Below, piece after piece: positions 31,841 to 32,000 of a DNA stretch of 32,000 nucleotides (position 1 is the stretch's first letter; every line of letters starts with the position of its first letter). This stretch comes from Thermoproteus tenax Kra 1 (GTDB lineage: Archaea; Thermoproteota; Thermoprotei; Thermoproteales; Thermoproteaceae), in the NCBI RefSeq assembly GCF_000253055.1, contig NC_016070.1, positions 480,001 to 512,000 of the forward strand, in the 5' to 3' direction. The notes beneath the pieces are model-generated. The model was not told the origin of the DNA and searched no databases. It worked only from the letters and a program-made list of their open reading frames with translations. A program made the translations under genes and the position numbers.

Positions 31841-32000
31841 TCGGCCGTCTGAGCCACTATATCAACGAGCTCCTTAGGACACATCTGGGCCATCATGGCC
31901 TCGGCCCTCCTTCCCACCGTCTCCGTCACGAGGCCCACTTTGTACAACTTCACTATCTGGTAGAGGGTTCTGCACGCCATCGTCCTCTCCAAGCCGTACT
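31837..32000 (-). CDS. 3' end of an unidentified convergent CDS running off the window (...MACRTLYQIVKLYKVGLVTETVGRRAEAMMAQMCPKELVDIVAQTAD*)
   Basis: The frame is open from the window edge to TAA (31839-31837), with very strong G/C third-position bias. The stop overlaps the ACAD stop. Family not recognised. Confidence 0.5.
   Translation of the reverse strand, partial: YGLERTMACRTLYQIVKLYKVGLVTETVGRRAEAMMAQMCPKELVDIVAQTAD

Noticed and set aside
1-32000. CRISPR arrays, IS elements or transposases, toxin-antitoxin pairs, and known defence-system genes.
   Set aside because: No regularly spaced direct repeats, no terminal inverted repeats flanking a transposase-like ORF, and no recognisable nuclease, ATPase or defence signatures in any of the ORF translations.

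Overview
The window looks like chromosomal DNA of a hyperthermophilic crenarchaeon of the Thermoproteaceae (Pyrobaculum/Thermoproteus-like). This is inferred from sequence only; no database search was possible. Supporting signs: G+C-rich coding DNA with short AT-rich spacers; TATA-like boxes centred about 23-27 nt upstream of start codons (leaderless style); many 4-nt ATGA stop/start overlaps; a nucleoside-diphosphate kinase with Pyrobaculum-type insertions; and the archaeal markers TiaS, PurP, DUF359 dephospho-CoA kinase and pelota. Gene order: pelota, a small membrane ORF, a DapA-family aldolase, the ACT(UPF0237)+UPF0210 pair, two tandem PurP paralogues, then a 290-nt G+C-rich non-coding block, then an MBL hydrolase. 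A minus-strand string follows: sugar-type ABC binding protein, fused double permease, frameshifted TiaS, MBL/RNase Z-like protein, DPCK. Next come a 0.6-kb gene-less gap, a HAD phosphatase, a FAH-family hydrolase, tRNA-Ser(GCU), and two orphan small genes bracketed by extremely AT-rich islands. The rest is a complex I-like cluster nuoD-H-I-J-K-M-L-N with no nuoA/B/C, then ndk, then an acyl-CoA cluster (AMP-forming CoA ligase, two thiolase-fold paralogues, two DUF35 proteins, acyl-CoA dehydrogenase). Main items for a second look: (1) both thiolase-fold proteins appear to lack all canonical thiolase catalytic residues yet are translationally coupled to two DUF35 proteins; (2) the nuo cluster lacks nuoA/B/C, and its NuoD has Leu at the conserved quinone-site Tyr; (3) tiaS needs a -1 shift within a 9-nt window; (4) a canonical-geometry C/D box sRNA candidate has a D guide that pairs over 12 nt with the archaeal 16S 530-loop sequence; (5) a hairpin plus TCGGTTGTAA element recurs just 3' of several stop codons; (6) a nested dyad operator-like element abuts the ABC operon TATA box. 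No CRISPR array, transposase or recognisable defence genes were seen.
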